DNA of 64,000 nt, taken from the NCBI GenBank assembly GCA_965240465.1, contig OZ251219.1, forward strand, positions 480,001-544,000. Direction: 5' to 3'. A program made the translations under genes and the position numbers. The notes under the pieces were generated by a model. That model was not told where the DNA came from and ran no database searches. It saw only the letters and a program-made list of their open reading frames with translations. Each line of letters begins with the position of its first letter. The first letter of the stretch is position 1. Shown here one piece after another: positions 40,732-50,690 of this stretch. The stretch comes from a bacterium (GTDB taxonomy: Bacteria > SAR324 > JACQKK01).

Positions 40732-42252
40732 TCAGCTGGGTGGTTCTTCCACTATTGCCTCTGCGGAGCTGATGGAACGAGTAAAGAGGGGAGAAATTAG
40801 ATAAATAAAGCCATAAGCCATCAAGATGAAGCCGAAATAGGGGGTCCACATCCCTATTACAATTCCAAGTCCTGATATCCAACTTAGGGAGGTTTTTCGT
40901 CCTAGTAGTCGTCCGATATGAAGGTATCGTACTCGGCAGGCACTCATCATCACTGCCCCGACCAAAAGCGACCCTATACAGACCAGCACCCAGTTTTGGG
41001 TTCCAAAGCTCCAGCGACCAGAGACCATATACTCTAAGACCACTAAGGGAGCTACCACCATACCTGCTCCGCCTGGGGTTGGCATACCTCTGAAGAATCC
41101 CGGTTCAGCCGATGGACCTATGGCAAACATTATCAATCGCCAGACTCCTGCCAAGGCGTATAACGCGGCTAACATGGGTATCCAGATTCCTAGTGCTTGC
41201 CCTTCAGGAATGGCAGACAGGGTGATATAAAATATCAAGGCGGGAGCAATACAAAAGCTGATGGTATCGGAGAGAATATCCAGCCACACGCCTAATTGTC
41301 GGGGGCCGGAATCATTTGTCAAACCCAAACGGCGAGCAACAAAGCCATCTAGTCTATCAAACATCCCCGCCCCCAGTAATAATAGCATGGCCTCCCGTAG
41401 CAACCCAAAATTAGCAAATACCACCGCCAAGATTCCCAAGACCGCGTTCAATAAGGTAAAGCTATTGGGCACCACCGACAAAATCCGTAGCCGCAGATCC
41501 TCATCATCTCCAGTGATACGCTCCAGAGCGTTGGCGGTGTACTTGCGTAAATGGAGGGTAACTGAGGCTACACACAGGATTAAGAAGCTAATTTCCAAGA
41601 AAAACCAAAATCGTACTGGGATTTTTCCCACCCAAGTCCACCAGCTCAAGCTTGTTTCCCACACCGGCGACCAAAATGCATTAGCATAAATCAAGACCGC
41701 AATTGGATAAAATGCCAACATCCGCCAACGACCAACAGCCCTAAGCTCGCCTTCTTCCTGAGCCTGCTGAGACATCTTAAGCAAAAATAAAACCAGCTGA
41801 TCCCTAACCAAAACCAGCACGCTCAAACCCAACACAAAAACCATATGCAAACGCTCTATGGCACTAGCCTGACCCAGACGCTCCAATAACGCATATCGCC
41901 AGACCATCCCAGCTCCTAGTAATGGAAAAACAATGGAGATCACCAGCCTGTCCATCATGCGATTCACCACTGGCACTAACTTAGAATCTGGAATGTACTT
42001 GTTAGACAATATCCAGTGGAGCCAATCAAAAACCATGGCTCCCATGAGTGTTCCTAGTCCTAGTACATATCCCCACCACAGTCCCGATATCATAACCCAC
42101 AAGGTTCCCCCAAAGGTCGCCAACACCAACAAAGGACGACCAAAGCACAGCAATAGGGTGAAATTCACCCACAACGCATTCAATACTGCCATACTCCTGC
42201 TTTCCTCATAATACAAACTCACTCCCAAATGCGATGCTACCAAAAAACTCAC
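40732..42252 (-). CDS. Two-domain CDP-alcohol phosphatidyltransferase (C-terminal PssA-like domain)
   Basis: C-half has PNSFTLLN, DRLDGFVARR...G..LD.LSD, FRGMPTP; N-half is a degenerate copy of the fold. Confidence 0.8.
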   Translation of the reverse strand: MSFLVASHLGVSLYYEESRSMAVLNALWVNFTLLLCFGRPLLVLATFGGTLWVMISGLWWGYVLGLGTLMGAMVFDWLHWILSNKYIPDSKLVPVVNRMMDRLVISIVFPLLGAGMVWRYALLERLGQASAIERLHMVFVLGLSVLVLVRDQLVLFLLKMSQQAQEEGELRAVGRWRMLAFYPIAVLIYANAFWSPVWETSLSWWTWVGKIPVRFWFFLEISFLILCVASVTLHLRKYTANALERITGDDEDLRLRILSVVPNSFTLLNAVLGILAVVFANFGLLREAMLLLLGAGMFDRLDGFVARRLGLTNDSGPRQLGVWLDILSDTISFCIAPALIFYITLSAIPEGQALGIWIPMLAALYALAGVWRLIMFAIGPSAEPGFFRGMPTPGGAGMVVAPLVVLEYMVSGRWSFGTQNWVLVCIGSLLVGAVMMSACRVRYLHIGRLLGRKTSLSWISGLGIVIGMWTPYFGFILMAYGFIYLISPLFTRSISSAEAIVEEPPS

Positions 42253-42361
42253 CCTTTTTCATGCTCTTGTCAAAAAGCCGAAGCTCATTAACTACACCCC
42301 CCTCCCACCCTGAGTAAAAAGCCAAATCCTTTGACTTACTTTGCTACTAAAAAATTATGGA

Positions 42362-42401
42362 AGAAAAAAATCAGCTACCTCCCCCGAAAGGGAAGTAGCC
42401 G
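42362..42401 (-). terminator. Intrinsic terminator
   Basis: Minus strand CGGCTACTTCCCT-TTCG-GGGGAGGTAGCTG followed by ATTTTTTT: 13-bp stem with G-U pairs, UUCG loop and U-tract. Confidence 0.85.
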
Positions 42402-42498
42402 AATACATAAGTATCTGAAACGCATGGCGATGGACAAATACTTACATCGCCTAGTTGAATTTTTCTGGCAACTAGTCAGATGACTACCAGTCAGATGA

Positions 42499-42678
42499 TT
42501 ACGCCAAGGAGGAAAAGGCGTGGAGAGGCTCATAGTGATTGTGGCGTTCTTCACCTACCATGTGCCTGGCACGATACTTCTGGGCTGGCAACTGACTAAT
42601 AATCCCACCATGGTTCTCAAAAAAATCCAGTGCCTGAGCAACGGTTTGACGATCTATTTTTTTGGCTCTTTTTTTCAT
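42499..42678 (-). CDS. Small 59-aa protein not in the ORF track (SutA-like motif)
   Basis: MKKRAKKIDRQTVAQALDFFENHGGIISQLPAQKYRARHMVGEERHNHYEPLHAFSSLA*; RBS AAGGTGA upstream and terminator downstream. Confidence 0.75.
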   Translation of the reverse strand: MKKRAKKIDRQTVAQALDFFENHGGIISQLPAQKYRARHMVGEERHNHYEPLHAFSSLA

Positions 42679-43002
42679 TATTCACCTTTACAAAAAATTA
42701 ATCCTCATAAACTTATTGCCACTCTCTCACCTATCTTTTAATCACTTCTTAAAACGGCTCTCTAACGCAATCATATAGTGCAATCATCTAACGCAAACTT
42801 GCATCCCATTAAGGAAAGCCTGTTCTACAAACCAATACCTCTCTTCATTTTACGTGCCAAGTTAAAATTAACTTGACTAAGTTATTGATATATCAAAGTA
42901 AAATGACTATTTTTTAGACCGCCATGACCCCCCCCAAGCAGGATAGCACTGAGGAAAAATAACCCCACTTTTGCACCTTAACTGTGGCAATTTTACCTCA
43001 TA

Positions 43003-43599
43003 TTAAAGAGTAGCATCCCTCGGGCGAGCGATTTCTTGCATCAGGTTTTTGATTTGCAGATCACTCAGGTCATTCAATCCCGATAACATGGCAATCAGTT
43101 CCACCCCGCTATCGGCTACTGGAATAACATTTTCGGGCTGGATTCCCCCGATGGCTACCACTGGGCAGGATGCTAACTTGAGAAATTTTCTCAGACCAGC
43201 TATGCCACACAGAGCATAAGGTACACGCTTGCTAAGCGAATGAAATATTGGTCCAAAGCCTACCAAAGCGGGCTTGAACCTCTGAGCTTGTTTCCATTCT
43301 GATGCATTGTGTACCGAGATTCCCAACCGCAACTTCACCGAACACAGCTCTTGAGATTGATATCGTTGCAGATCTGCCTGCCCCAAGTGTACTCCCCAAG
43401 CTTCAACGGCCATACCTTGGGCAATGCTATCGTTTATCACCAACCGCACTCCCTTTTTAGCAGCCTCCCAGCCGTGTATCCGTTGAATATCGGCTCCTCT
43501 CAAGCCCGATTTTATGCGTAGCTGGACGTAGGGTACTCCCAAATTAACCAATCGTTCTCCCTTGGATACCGAACTTGCTATACCGTATAATAACGCCAT
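43003..43599 (-). CDS. thiE: Thiamine-phosphate synthase family protein
   Basis: VQLRIK, VIND, GVHLGQAD, GISVH, GPIF, VAIGGI. Confidence 0.85.
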   Translation of the reverse strand: MALLYGIASSVSKGERLVNLGVPYVQLRIKSGLRGADIQRIHGWEAAKKGVRLVINDSIAQGMAVEAWGVHLGQADLQRYQSQELCSVKLRLGISVHNASEWKQAQRFKPALVGFGPIFHSLSKRVPYALCGIAGLRKFLKLASCPVVAIGGIQPENVIPVADSGVELIAMLSGLNDLSDLQIKNLMQEIARPRDATL

Positions 43600-44020
43600 C
43601 TTTGCTTAGGGTTTCTGAGTCATTAAAAAACTCCTTAAATCATAAACATTAAGATGATCAAGGCTACTAACTTGGGTCACTGCATCACGGATGATCTCTA
43701 AATGGTAGCTACCGATAAATCTAAGCTTCTAGCAGTCCCGCGTACAAGTATCCTCAGAAAGATTTGCACAAAAGATTTGCACAAAAGATTTGCACAGCTG
43801 AATTAATTCTTGTATAATTTGGAGCTAAGGTTTTTTACAGGTTCTTAATCAATTTGCCCACTTCTTGCTTATTCTTGCTTATTCTTGCTTAGGTATTAAA
43901 CGAGAATATTTGACGATTATTTGGGTATGCAGACTTGTTGATGTGTTCTAAAGCTAGCTGGTATTGCGGGGGGGTTAATTTTCAGGGTGGGGGGAGCATA
44001 TGATAGGTAGGCGTATGGCG

Positions 44021-44095
44021 AGGGAGGAATTGCGGCATATGGCAGGGGAGGCATTGCGGCATATGACAGGGGAGGCATTGCGGCATATGACAGGG
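44021..44095. repeat. 24-bp tandem repeat x3 upstream of rpoD
   Basis: ggggaggcattgcggcatatgaca-like units. Confidence 0.85.
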
Positions 44096-44222
44096 AAGCT
44101 TATGGCAAGGAAGCTTGTAGCAAGGGGAAGAGTGAGAAAGCGAATTGGGGGAATGGTCGGGGGAGAAGATTTTTTTAGCGATGGCGATGGTGCCGTTTTT
44201 TCTTGTAGGAGATAATTTAGCT

Positions 44223-46073
44223 ATGGTTGGAAAAGTACCTGTTGATAGGCATGAGCCCAAGTTTTCACGTGAGCGAGTGGGTAGTTTGAATGAGGGGGAG
44301 AGGGAGGAAGCCATTTCAGAGTTGATGGGAGCTGAGACGGAATCCCATGGGGATGTCGTGCGTCAGATGGTAGCAGAGGGGAAGCAGCGGGGTTCTATCA
44401 CTTTGGAAGAAATAAATGAGTGTCTGACTTATGAAAAAGATACTGATAAGAAGGCCTCTGCAGAGCTATTGGAAGATTTATTGGTATTTTTTCAAGATAT
44501 GAAGATAGAGGTGCTAGATAATGGTAAAGCCTTGGACTTAGCACAGCATCGCGGAGAACAATCATCCAAAAATAGCTACAATATGGAGCCCTCGGTTGAT
44601 ATTCGTACTGATGACCCCGTACGCATGTATTTGCGTGAGATGGGACACATCAAGTTATTATCTCGTGCCGAGGAGGTGGAGATATCCAAACGGATAGAAG
44701 ATGGGCAACGCAAGATGATAGAGGTTTTGGCTCGTTCTCCCTTAGTGGCAGAGCATTTATTGGAATTGCGTGAAAAACTTTATGATAAGCGGATCAAATC
44801 TCAAGAGCTTATTTCTGGGATGGATGAAGATGATAATGTGATTGAAGAAGATGGGATCTTCGCCGAAAAACTGCTGATAGTCCTAGATTCCATATATAAA
44901 AAACGCCGAGAGATCGCCAAGCTTCTGGCTAAAGATTTAACCAAGAATACCGAATCCAAGATCATCAAGACTCGTCAGACTTTGTCTTTTATCATAGAAG
45001 GCATTAATTTCAACTCTCGGCAGGTGGGTACCATGTGCGAAGTGATGCTCCAACATCGCAATAAAATATACCGAGCCTCTAGCCAACTTGAATCTCTCCA
45101 GCAAAATCTGGGCAAACTAACAGATAAACAAAAAAACCTCCTTAATAAATGGCAGAGTGATTCTCTTAAATACGCCAAACTAGAAACAGAAATTGAAAAA
45201 CTCTGTGGCAAAAGCCCACGAATCATCAGACGACTGATGGAAAAAATGTTCATCACCGATACCAGAATCAAACGCCTTATAACTCAAGCCGAAGCCACTA
45301 GAGAAGAATTCCAAACGGAAATCGGACTCCTAGTAGCATCTGAACGCAAGGTTAAAAAAGCCAAAACTCAACTCACTCAAGCCAACCTCAGATTGGTTAT
45401 CAGCATTGCCAAAAAATACGCCAACCGAGGACTACAATTCCTAGACCTAATCCAAGAAGGTAATATCGGGCTCATGAAAGCCGTAGATAAATTTGAATAC
45501 CGACGCGGCTATAAATTCTCTACCTATGCTACTTGGTGGATCCGACAAGCAATCACTCGGGCCATCGCCGACCAAGGACGAACCATTCGGGTGCCAGTCC
45601 ACATGATCGAAACCATGAATAAATTATTACGCACTTCACGACAACTAGTACAAGAACTCGGCAGAGAACCCTACCCTGAGGAAATCGCTAAAGAAGTGAA
45701 CCTGCCCTTGGAAAAAGTACGCAAAGTATTCCAAATCGCCAAAGAACCAACCTCGCTGGAAACACCCATCGGCGAAGAAGAAGACTCCCACTTAGGCGAC
45801 TTCATCCCCGATCCCAACGCTCAAATGCCCGAAGACCTCGCCCTTACCCAAAACCTCCGTGAAAATACACGCGAAGCACTGGATAAACTAACCGAACGAG
45901 AAGGTAAAGTCCTCGCAATGCGTTTCGGAATCGGAAAACAACGCGATCACACCCTAGAAGAAATCGGACAAGATTTTGACGTCACCAGAGAGCGTATCCG
46001 ACAAATTGAAGCCAAAGCACTACGCAAACTGCGTCATCCCGTACGCTCTAAGCACTTGCGTACCTTCTTTTAG
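44223..46073 (+). CDS. rpoD: Primary RNA polymerase sigma factor sigma70
   Basis: [69 protein letters not shown] before ATG 44223. Confidence 0.97.
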   Translation: MVGKVPVDRHEPKFSRERVGSLNEGEREEAISELMGAETESHGDVVRQMVAEGKQRGSITLEEINECLTYEKDTDKKASAELLEDLLVFFQDMKIEVLDNGKALDLAQHRGEQSSKNSYNMEPSVDIRTDDPVRMYLREMGHIKLLSRAEEVEISKRIEDGQRKMIEVLARSPLVAEHLLELREKLYDKRIKSQELISGMDEDDNVIEEDGIFAEKLLIVLDSIYKKRREIAKLLAKDLTKNTESKIIKTRQTLSFIIEGINFNSRQVGTMCEVMLQHRNKIYRASSQLESLQQNLGKLTDKQKNLLNKWQSDSLKYAKLETEIEKLCGKSPRIIRRLMEKMFITDTRIKRLITQAEATREEFQTEIGLLVASERKVKKAKTQLTQANLRLVISIAKKYANRGLQFLDLIQEGNIGLMKAVDKFEYRRGYKFSTYATWWIRQAITRAIADQGRTIRVPVHMIETMNKLLRTSRQLVQELGREPYPEEIAKEVNLPLEKVRKVFQIAKEPTSLETPIGEEEDSHLGDFIPDPNAQMPEDLALTQNLRENTREALDKLTEREGKVLAMRFGIGKQRDHTLEEIGQDFDVTRERIRQIEAKALRKLRHPVRSKHLRTFF

Positions 46074-46327
46074 CTCGCTCAATCGGATCACTCATAGCTC
46101 GCTCAATCGGATCACTCAATTAGCTCGCTCAATTAGCTCGCTCAATCGGATCACTCATAGCTCGCTCAATCGGATCACTCAATTAGCTCGCTCAATTAGC
46201 TCGCTCAATCGGATCACTCATAGCTCGCTCAATCGGATCACTCAATTAGCTCGCTCAATTAGCTCGCTCAATTAGCTCGCTCAATTAGCTCGCTCAATTA
46301 GCTCGCTCAATCGGATCACTCAATTAG
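46071..46327. repeat. Composite tandem repeat starting at the rpoD stop codon
   Basis: tagctcgctcaat (13 bp) and tagctcgctcaatcggatcactca (24 bp) units with a higher-order ~63-bp period. Confidence 0.95.
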
Positions 46328-46423
46328 ATAACTTCCTCCACATAACTCCTTAGAGATAGCTCCATAGCTTCCTTTTTTATAAATTCTGGTTGATGATGCC
46401 TAAGCTATCTTTCCTATTTAGCC

Positions 46424-47146
46424 ATGCAAGTGACCGTACATCTCTTCGGCTTGTTAAGGGAATCCTTGGGTGAGGTTATTATCCTCAGCTTAGCTGCTCC
46501 CTACACAGCCGAGCAATTACTTACGGCTTTTATAACCGAGCATCCCAAGTTTCGGGCATTGCGGGAATCTTTGCTGGTGGCTGCCGATGAGCAATATGTC
46601 AAACCGCGACAATCTCTAAAAAACGCAAAAAAATTGGCTTTATTTCCTCCTTTGGGCGGGGGTTCGGATGTTCCTGAGGCAGAGCAAGATTTTAGCCCGT
46701 CTTTTTATCTTAGCGAAGAACCTCTGGAGCTTGGGCGATTATTGGCTGAATTACAATCTCTGCCAGCTAGTCGGTGTTCCCAAGACAAGCCTTATTCGGT
46801 GGGAGGATTAAGTATATTTTTGGGAGTGGTGCGTGAGTTCAATCAGGGGAAGAAGGTGCGTTATTTGGAGTATCAGGCGGAGCGGGCGATGGTTTTGATT
46901 CAATTGCGAGAATTGGCGACTCAGTTACGTCAACGCTGGGGGGTGGAAAGATTGATGATTGCACATCGTTTGGGGAGGGTAAAAGTAGGTGAAACGAGCT
47001 TGGCAGTGCTAGTGGGTACCGAGCATCGTCAAGAAGCTATGTCTGCCTGCCAATACGCGGTGGAATGGATAAAAACTCGGCTTCCGATCTGGAAAAAGGA
47101 GATAAGCACCTCGGGACAACAATGGATTGCTAATTCTAGCACTTAG
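46424..47146 (+). CDS. Fused molybdopterin synthase MoaD-MoaE (MoaX-type)
   Basis: N-terminal ubiquitin-like domain ending FPPLGGG, then F.GVVRE, HRLG, PIWKKE. Confidence 0.88.
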   Translation: MQVTVHLFGLLRESLGEVIILSLAAPYTAEQLLTAFITEHPKFRALRESLLVAADEQYVKPRQSLKNAKKLALFPPLGGGSDVPEAEQDFSPSFYLSEEPLELGRLLAELQSLPASRCSQDKPYSVGGLSIFLGVVREFNQGKKVRYLEYQAERAMVLIQLRELATQLRQRWGVERLMIAHRLGRVKVGETSLAVLVGTEHRQEAMSACQYAVEWIKTRLPIWKKEISTSGQQWIANSST

Positions 47147-47296
47147 GCATTGCTTATCCTTAGCTTATCCTTGCTTATCCTTGCTTATCCTTAGTTAGCA
47201 TTGGATTTTTATCTATCTATTGGGGTATCATGCTCTGAGGGTTGTGATTTGGTAGGGGGGCGGGGGGTGGTTTAAGGCAGTAGAAGGACTATTTTA

Positions 47297-48589
47297 GTGA
47301 GTATCCTAGGAATCTCCAAAGCATCTAGTTTATTGGTAATTATTTCAGCGATGATGATTATCTCACCAGCAGAGGCAGAGGCAGTACCAAAGGCAGTGCC
47401 GAAGGCAGAAGTGCTTCACTGGTGGACTTCAGGGGAAGCAGGAAAGTCCATTCAGTTACTCAAGGATAGTTTTATCAAGCATGGTGGTAAGTGGATAGAT
47501 TCTGATATTAGGGGTCCCGATGCTATTTCTGGGTTGCAGCCGTTGAAGGCGAGGGTATTATCGGGGAGTGCTCCCACGGCAGTGCAGTTGAAGGGGCCTT
47601 TTATTCAGGGATGGCATAAGAGTGGAGCTTTGGCATTCATAGATGAGGTAGCTACTAAGGGAGGATGGAATAGATTATTATTACCTCAGGTGCGTCAACA
47701 GGTGCTTTGTGATGGTCGTTATTGTGCGGTGCCTGTTAACATTCATCGCGTTGACTGGATCTGGGGTAGTGCCAGGGTATTGAAAGCTGCTGGGGTTCGT
47801 AGGATGCCTCGTAGCTGGAAGGAGTTCAATAGTGCTGCCCGCAAGGTCCAAGCGATTAAGAAAATAGCTCTAGCTCATAGCGGACAAGCTTGGCAAAACG
47901 CCACCTTGTTTGAAACCGTTGTCTTAGGAGTAGGGGGCAATCAATTCTACCAGCGTGCCTTAATAGACCTAGAACCAGCCGCATTAAACAGCGACACTAT
48001 GGTTAAGGTCTTTGACCAAATGCGTATCCTAAGCGGCTTTGTAGATAAAGACTTCTCAGGACGTGATTGGAATTTAGCTACTTCACTCATCATTAACGAT
48101 AAAGCAGCTTTTCAAATCACTGGGGACTGGGCAAAAGTGAAATTCCTCACCGCTGGCAAAAAACCAGGTAAGGATTTCTATTGCTCGCCCACCCCCAGCA
48201 AAGGATACCTCTACAGTATAGACAACTTTGCTATGTTCAAGGTCAAAGGACCAGAAAAAAAACAAGGACAACTCCTACTAGCTAAACTCATCATGGATAA
48301 AAAATTCCAAAAAGAATTTAACCTGAAAAAAGGCTCCATCCCCGCACGCTTAGATGTCTCCCTCATACAATTTGACCAATGTGCCAAAAAATCTAGCAAA
48401 GATATCCTATCAAAATCCAAAAAAGGGGCGGTACTACCCAGCCTACTCCATAGGACAATCAACCTCGGACCCGCTAAGGGAAAAATCCTAAACACCGTCG
48501 CCCAACACTTTAACTCCAATCTATCCTCAAAAAAAGCAACTCAAAAATTGGCTGAATCCCTCGCTCTCCCAATCCCTCACCAACAATAA
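47297..48589 (+). CDS. Sugar (glucose/mannose-type) ABC transporter substrate-binding protein
   Basis: Signal peptide, EVLHWWTSG, VPVNIHR, GDWAK, FNLKKGSIPARLD. Confidence 0.88.
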   Translation: MSILGISKASSLLVIISAMMIISPAEAEAVPKAVPKAEVLHWWTSGEAGKSIQLLKDSFIKHGGKWIDSDIRGPDAISGLQPLKARVLSGSAPTAVQLKGPFIQGWHKSGALAFIDEVATKGGWNRLLLPQVRQQVLCDGRYCAVPVNIHRVDWIWGSARVLKAAGVRRMPRSWKEFNSAARKVQAIKKIALAHSGQAWQNATLFETVVLGVGGNQFYQRALIDLEPAALNSDTMVKVFDQMRILSGFVDKDFSGRDWNLATSLIINDKAAFQITGDWAKVKFLTAGKKPGKDFYCSPTPSKGYLYSIDNFAMFKVKGPEKKQGQLLLAKLIMDKKFQKEFNLKKGSIPARLDVSLIQFDQCAKKSSKDILSKSKKGAVLPSLLHRTINLGPAKGKILNTVAQHFNSNLSSKKATQKLAESLALPIPHQQ

Positions 48590-48642
48590 ATCACTGACGC
48601 TTAACCCCTCTGGGATTAACATTACTCAATCTGGAGATACCC

Positions 48643-50586
48643 ATGAAATCATCACTGCAGAAATCACTGCAGAAATCACTGCAAAAGTCACTGCAAAAAT
48701 CATCACTGCAAAAATTATCGCTCCTCTCAGCTTGCATCTTCGCTCTTTTCTTAGCCAGCTGTGGCGGGAACGGTGGAGGTGGTGGCGGGAACGGTGGAGG
48801 TGGTGGCGGGAACGGTGGTGGCGGGAACGGCGGAGGAGGCGGAGGTGTCAAACCTCTCGATACCGATTCTGATGGCATCCCTGACGATGTAGACCCCGAT
48901 GACGACAATGACGGTAAAAACGACCCTGATGATCTCTGTGCCAAAGGCGACCTAAACTGGCTCAGCTCCCCCTCCACCGATTACGATGACGACGGCTGCC
49001 AAGATTCAAGCGAAGACCCCGATGACGACAATGACAACAAAATCGACCCTTATGATCAATGTGCCAAAGGCGAGAAAGGCTGGCTCAGCTCCGTCAACAC
49101 CGATGAGGATGGAGACGGCTGCCAAGATTCAGGCGAAGATGTTGATGATGATAACGACGGTCTAATAGAAATTGCCAATGCTGACCAACTAAACAACATC
49201 CGCCATGAGCTGGACGGCTCCCGCTATGATGATGAAATGGCTGACACCGATACTGGTGATAGAGGCTCCTACATAGGCTGTTTTGGTGACATCACCACCA
49301 TAGGCTGCAGTGGCTATGAACTGGTTAATGACATTGTATTAAACGACCCAGACCCTGCTGACACTGGTAACTTTCAACCCATTACAGGAGATTTTACCGC
49401 TATCTTAGATGGTAATAACTTTGCCATCCATAACTTAATCATTATCACCGACGCTAGCACCAAACACACAGCCTTCTTTACATCCTTAGCCGCTGGTAGC
49501 CAAGTCAAAAACTTGTCCTTTACCAAAAGTGCAACCGACACAGGCTCAGTTACCAATAACTTCACTGGCACTAAGAGCAATGTAGGGATTCTAGCAGGCT
49601 CTAATAGTGGAACAATATCCAATGTTTCTGTGGATCTATTATCGGTTTCTTCTACTGCTGCTAATTCTAGGGTCGGTGGCTTGGTAGGTCTTAATGCTAG
49701 TGGGGGGATTATCCAAAATAGCTCTGCCACTGGCAATGTTGCTGTCAGTGTTACTGCCATTGCTGGTACTAATAGAAATTTGGGTGGCTTGGTAGGTCTT
49801 AATGCTCAGGCGATTATCCAAAATAGCTCTGCCACTGGTGATGTTGACGGCGGGACTAGAGCTGACTTTATAGGTGGCTTGGTAGGTCGGAATTATGGGA
49901 CGGTCCGAAATAGCTATGCCACTGGTGATGTTGACGGCGGGACTGGTGGTGACATTGTGGGCGGCTTGGTAGGTCGGAATCGTGGGGTGGTCCAAAATAG
50001 CTATGCCACTGGTAATGTTGAAGACAGGGCTGGTACTAACCATATGGGCGGCTTGGTAGGTCAGAATTATGAGATGATCCAAAATAGCTATTCCTTAGGC
50101 AATGTTACGGGGCATGTAACAAGCAGTAATTTTGGTGGCTGGTACACAAGTAGTATTGGCCACTTGGTTGGGTACAGAACTACCGGAACACCCTTGTTTA
50201 GGTCCAAAACTAGCGAAACAATTACCAGCAGCTATTATAATAATGAGAGTACTGCTACTAATGGTATTCTATTAGATGTTGGAATAGGCTTAAGCAAATC
50301 CCAGCTGCAAGCTATCAACCATACTCTCCCCACTCTGGAGAGTGATTGCTCTATGGCTGGGGGAACTTGGGCTCCCCCTGGCGATGCCAACGGTACATGC
50401 ACTGGCGGATATTTAGCTGGTTGGAATCCCCTTAACTGGCAGTTCACCGCTGGTTTCTACCCCACTCTCAAATCCTATAAAGAAGGCACTGATACTAGCG
50501 GCAACCTAATCCAAATTGAAGACGATCTGCTCTGTGGGCAACTCAGCCAATTTCAACAAGCAGACGCTTTCGTTCAGTGTCCGTAG
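48643..50586 (+). CDS. Surface lipoprotein with Gly linker, TSP3-like Ca-binding repeats and GLUG repeats
   Basis: Lipobox LASC, Gly/Asn linker, DxDxDG...D repeats, several GGLVGxN...NSxATG repeats. Confidence 0.8.
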   Translation: MKSSLQKSLQKSLQKSLQKSSLQKLSLLSACIFALFLASCGGNGGGGGGNGGGGGGNGGGGNGGGGGGVKPLDTDSDGIPDDVDPDDDNDGKNDPDDLCAKGDLNWLSSPSTDYDDDGCQDSSEDPDDDNDNKIDPYDQCAKGEKGWLSSVNTDEDGDGCQDSGEDVDDDNDGLIEIANADQLNNIRHELDGSRYDDEMADTDTGDRGSYIGCFGDITTIGCSGYELVNDIVLNDPDPADTGNFQPITGDFTAILDGNNFAIHNLIIITDASTKHTAFFTSLAAGSQVKNLSFTKSATDTGSVTNNFTGTKSNVGILAGSNSGTISNVSVDLLSVSSTAANSRVGGLVGLNASGGIIQNSSATGNVAVSVTAIAGTNRNLGGLVGLNAQAIIQNSSATGDVDGGTRADFIGGLVGRNYGTVRNSYATGDVDGGTGGDIVGGLVGRNRGVVQNSYATGNVEDRAGTNHMGGLVGQNYEMIQNSYSLGNVTGHVTSSNFGGWYTSSIGHLVGYRTTGTPLFRSKTSETITSSYYNNESTATNGILLDVGIGLSKSQLQAINHTLPTLESDCSMAGGTWAPPGDANGTCTGGYLAGWNPLNWQFTAGFYPTLKSYKEGTDTSGNLIQIEDDLLCGQLSQFQQADAFVQCP

Positions 50587-50655
50587 GCAGCGTAGACAGC
50601 TATAAAAAGGGGAGTGATTTCTTCCTTTTTGATGCATGAGTAGATGCATGAGTAC

Positions 50656-50684
50656 TTGACAAACTGATCGCCACTCCCTATACT
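50656..50684 (+). promoter_or_regulatory. Near-consensus sigma70 promoter
   Basis: TTGACA-17 nt-TATACT; predicted TSS near 50691. Confidence 0.8.
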
Positions 50685-50690
50685 CAACTC

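Noticed and set aside
42520-42741. 73-aa + strand ORF
   Set aside because: The opposite-strand 59-aa ORF has the RBS, the terminator and a recognisable motif.
46071-46327. Repeat after rpoD as a CRISPR array or iteron set
   Set aside because: The intervening sequences are themselves repeated, and there is no cas or rep gene.
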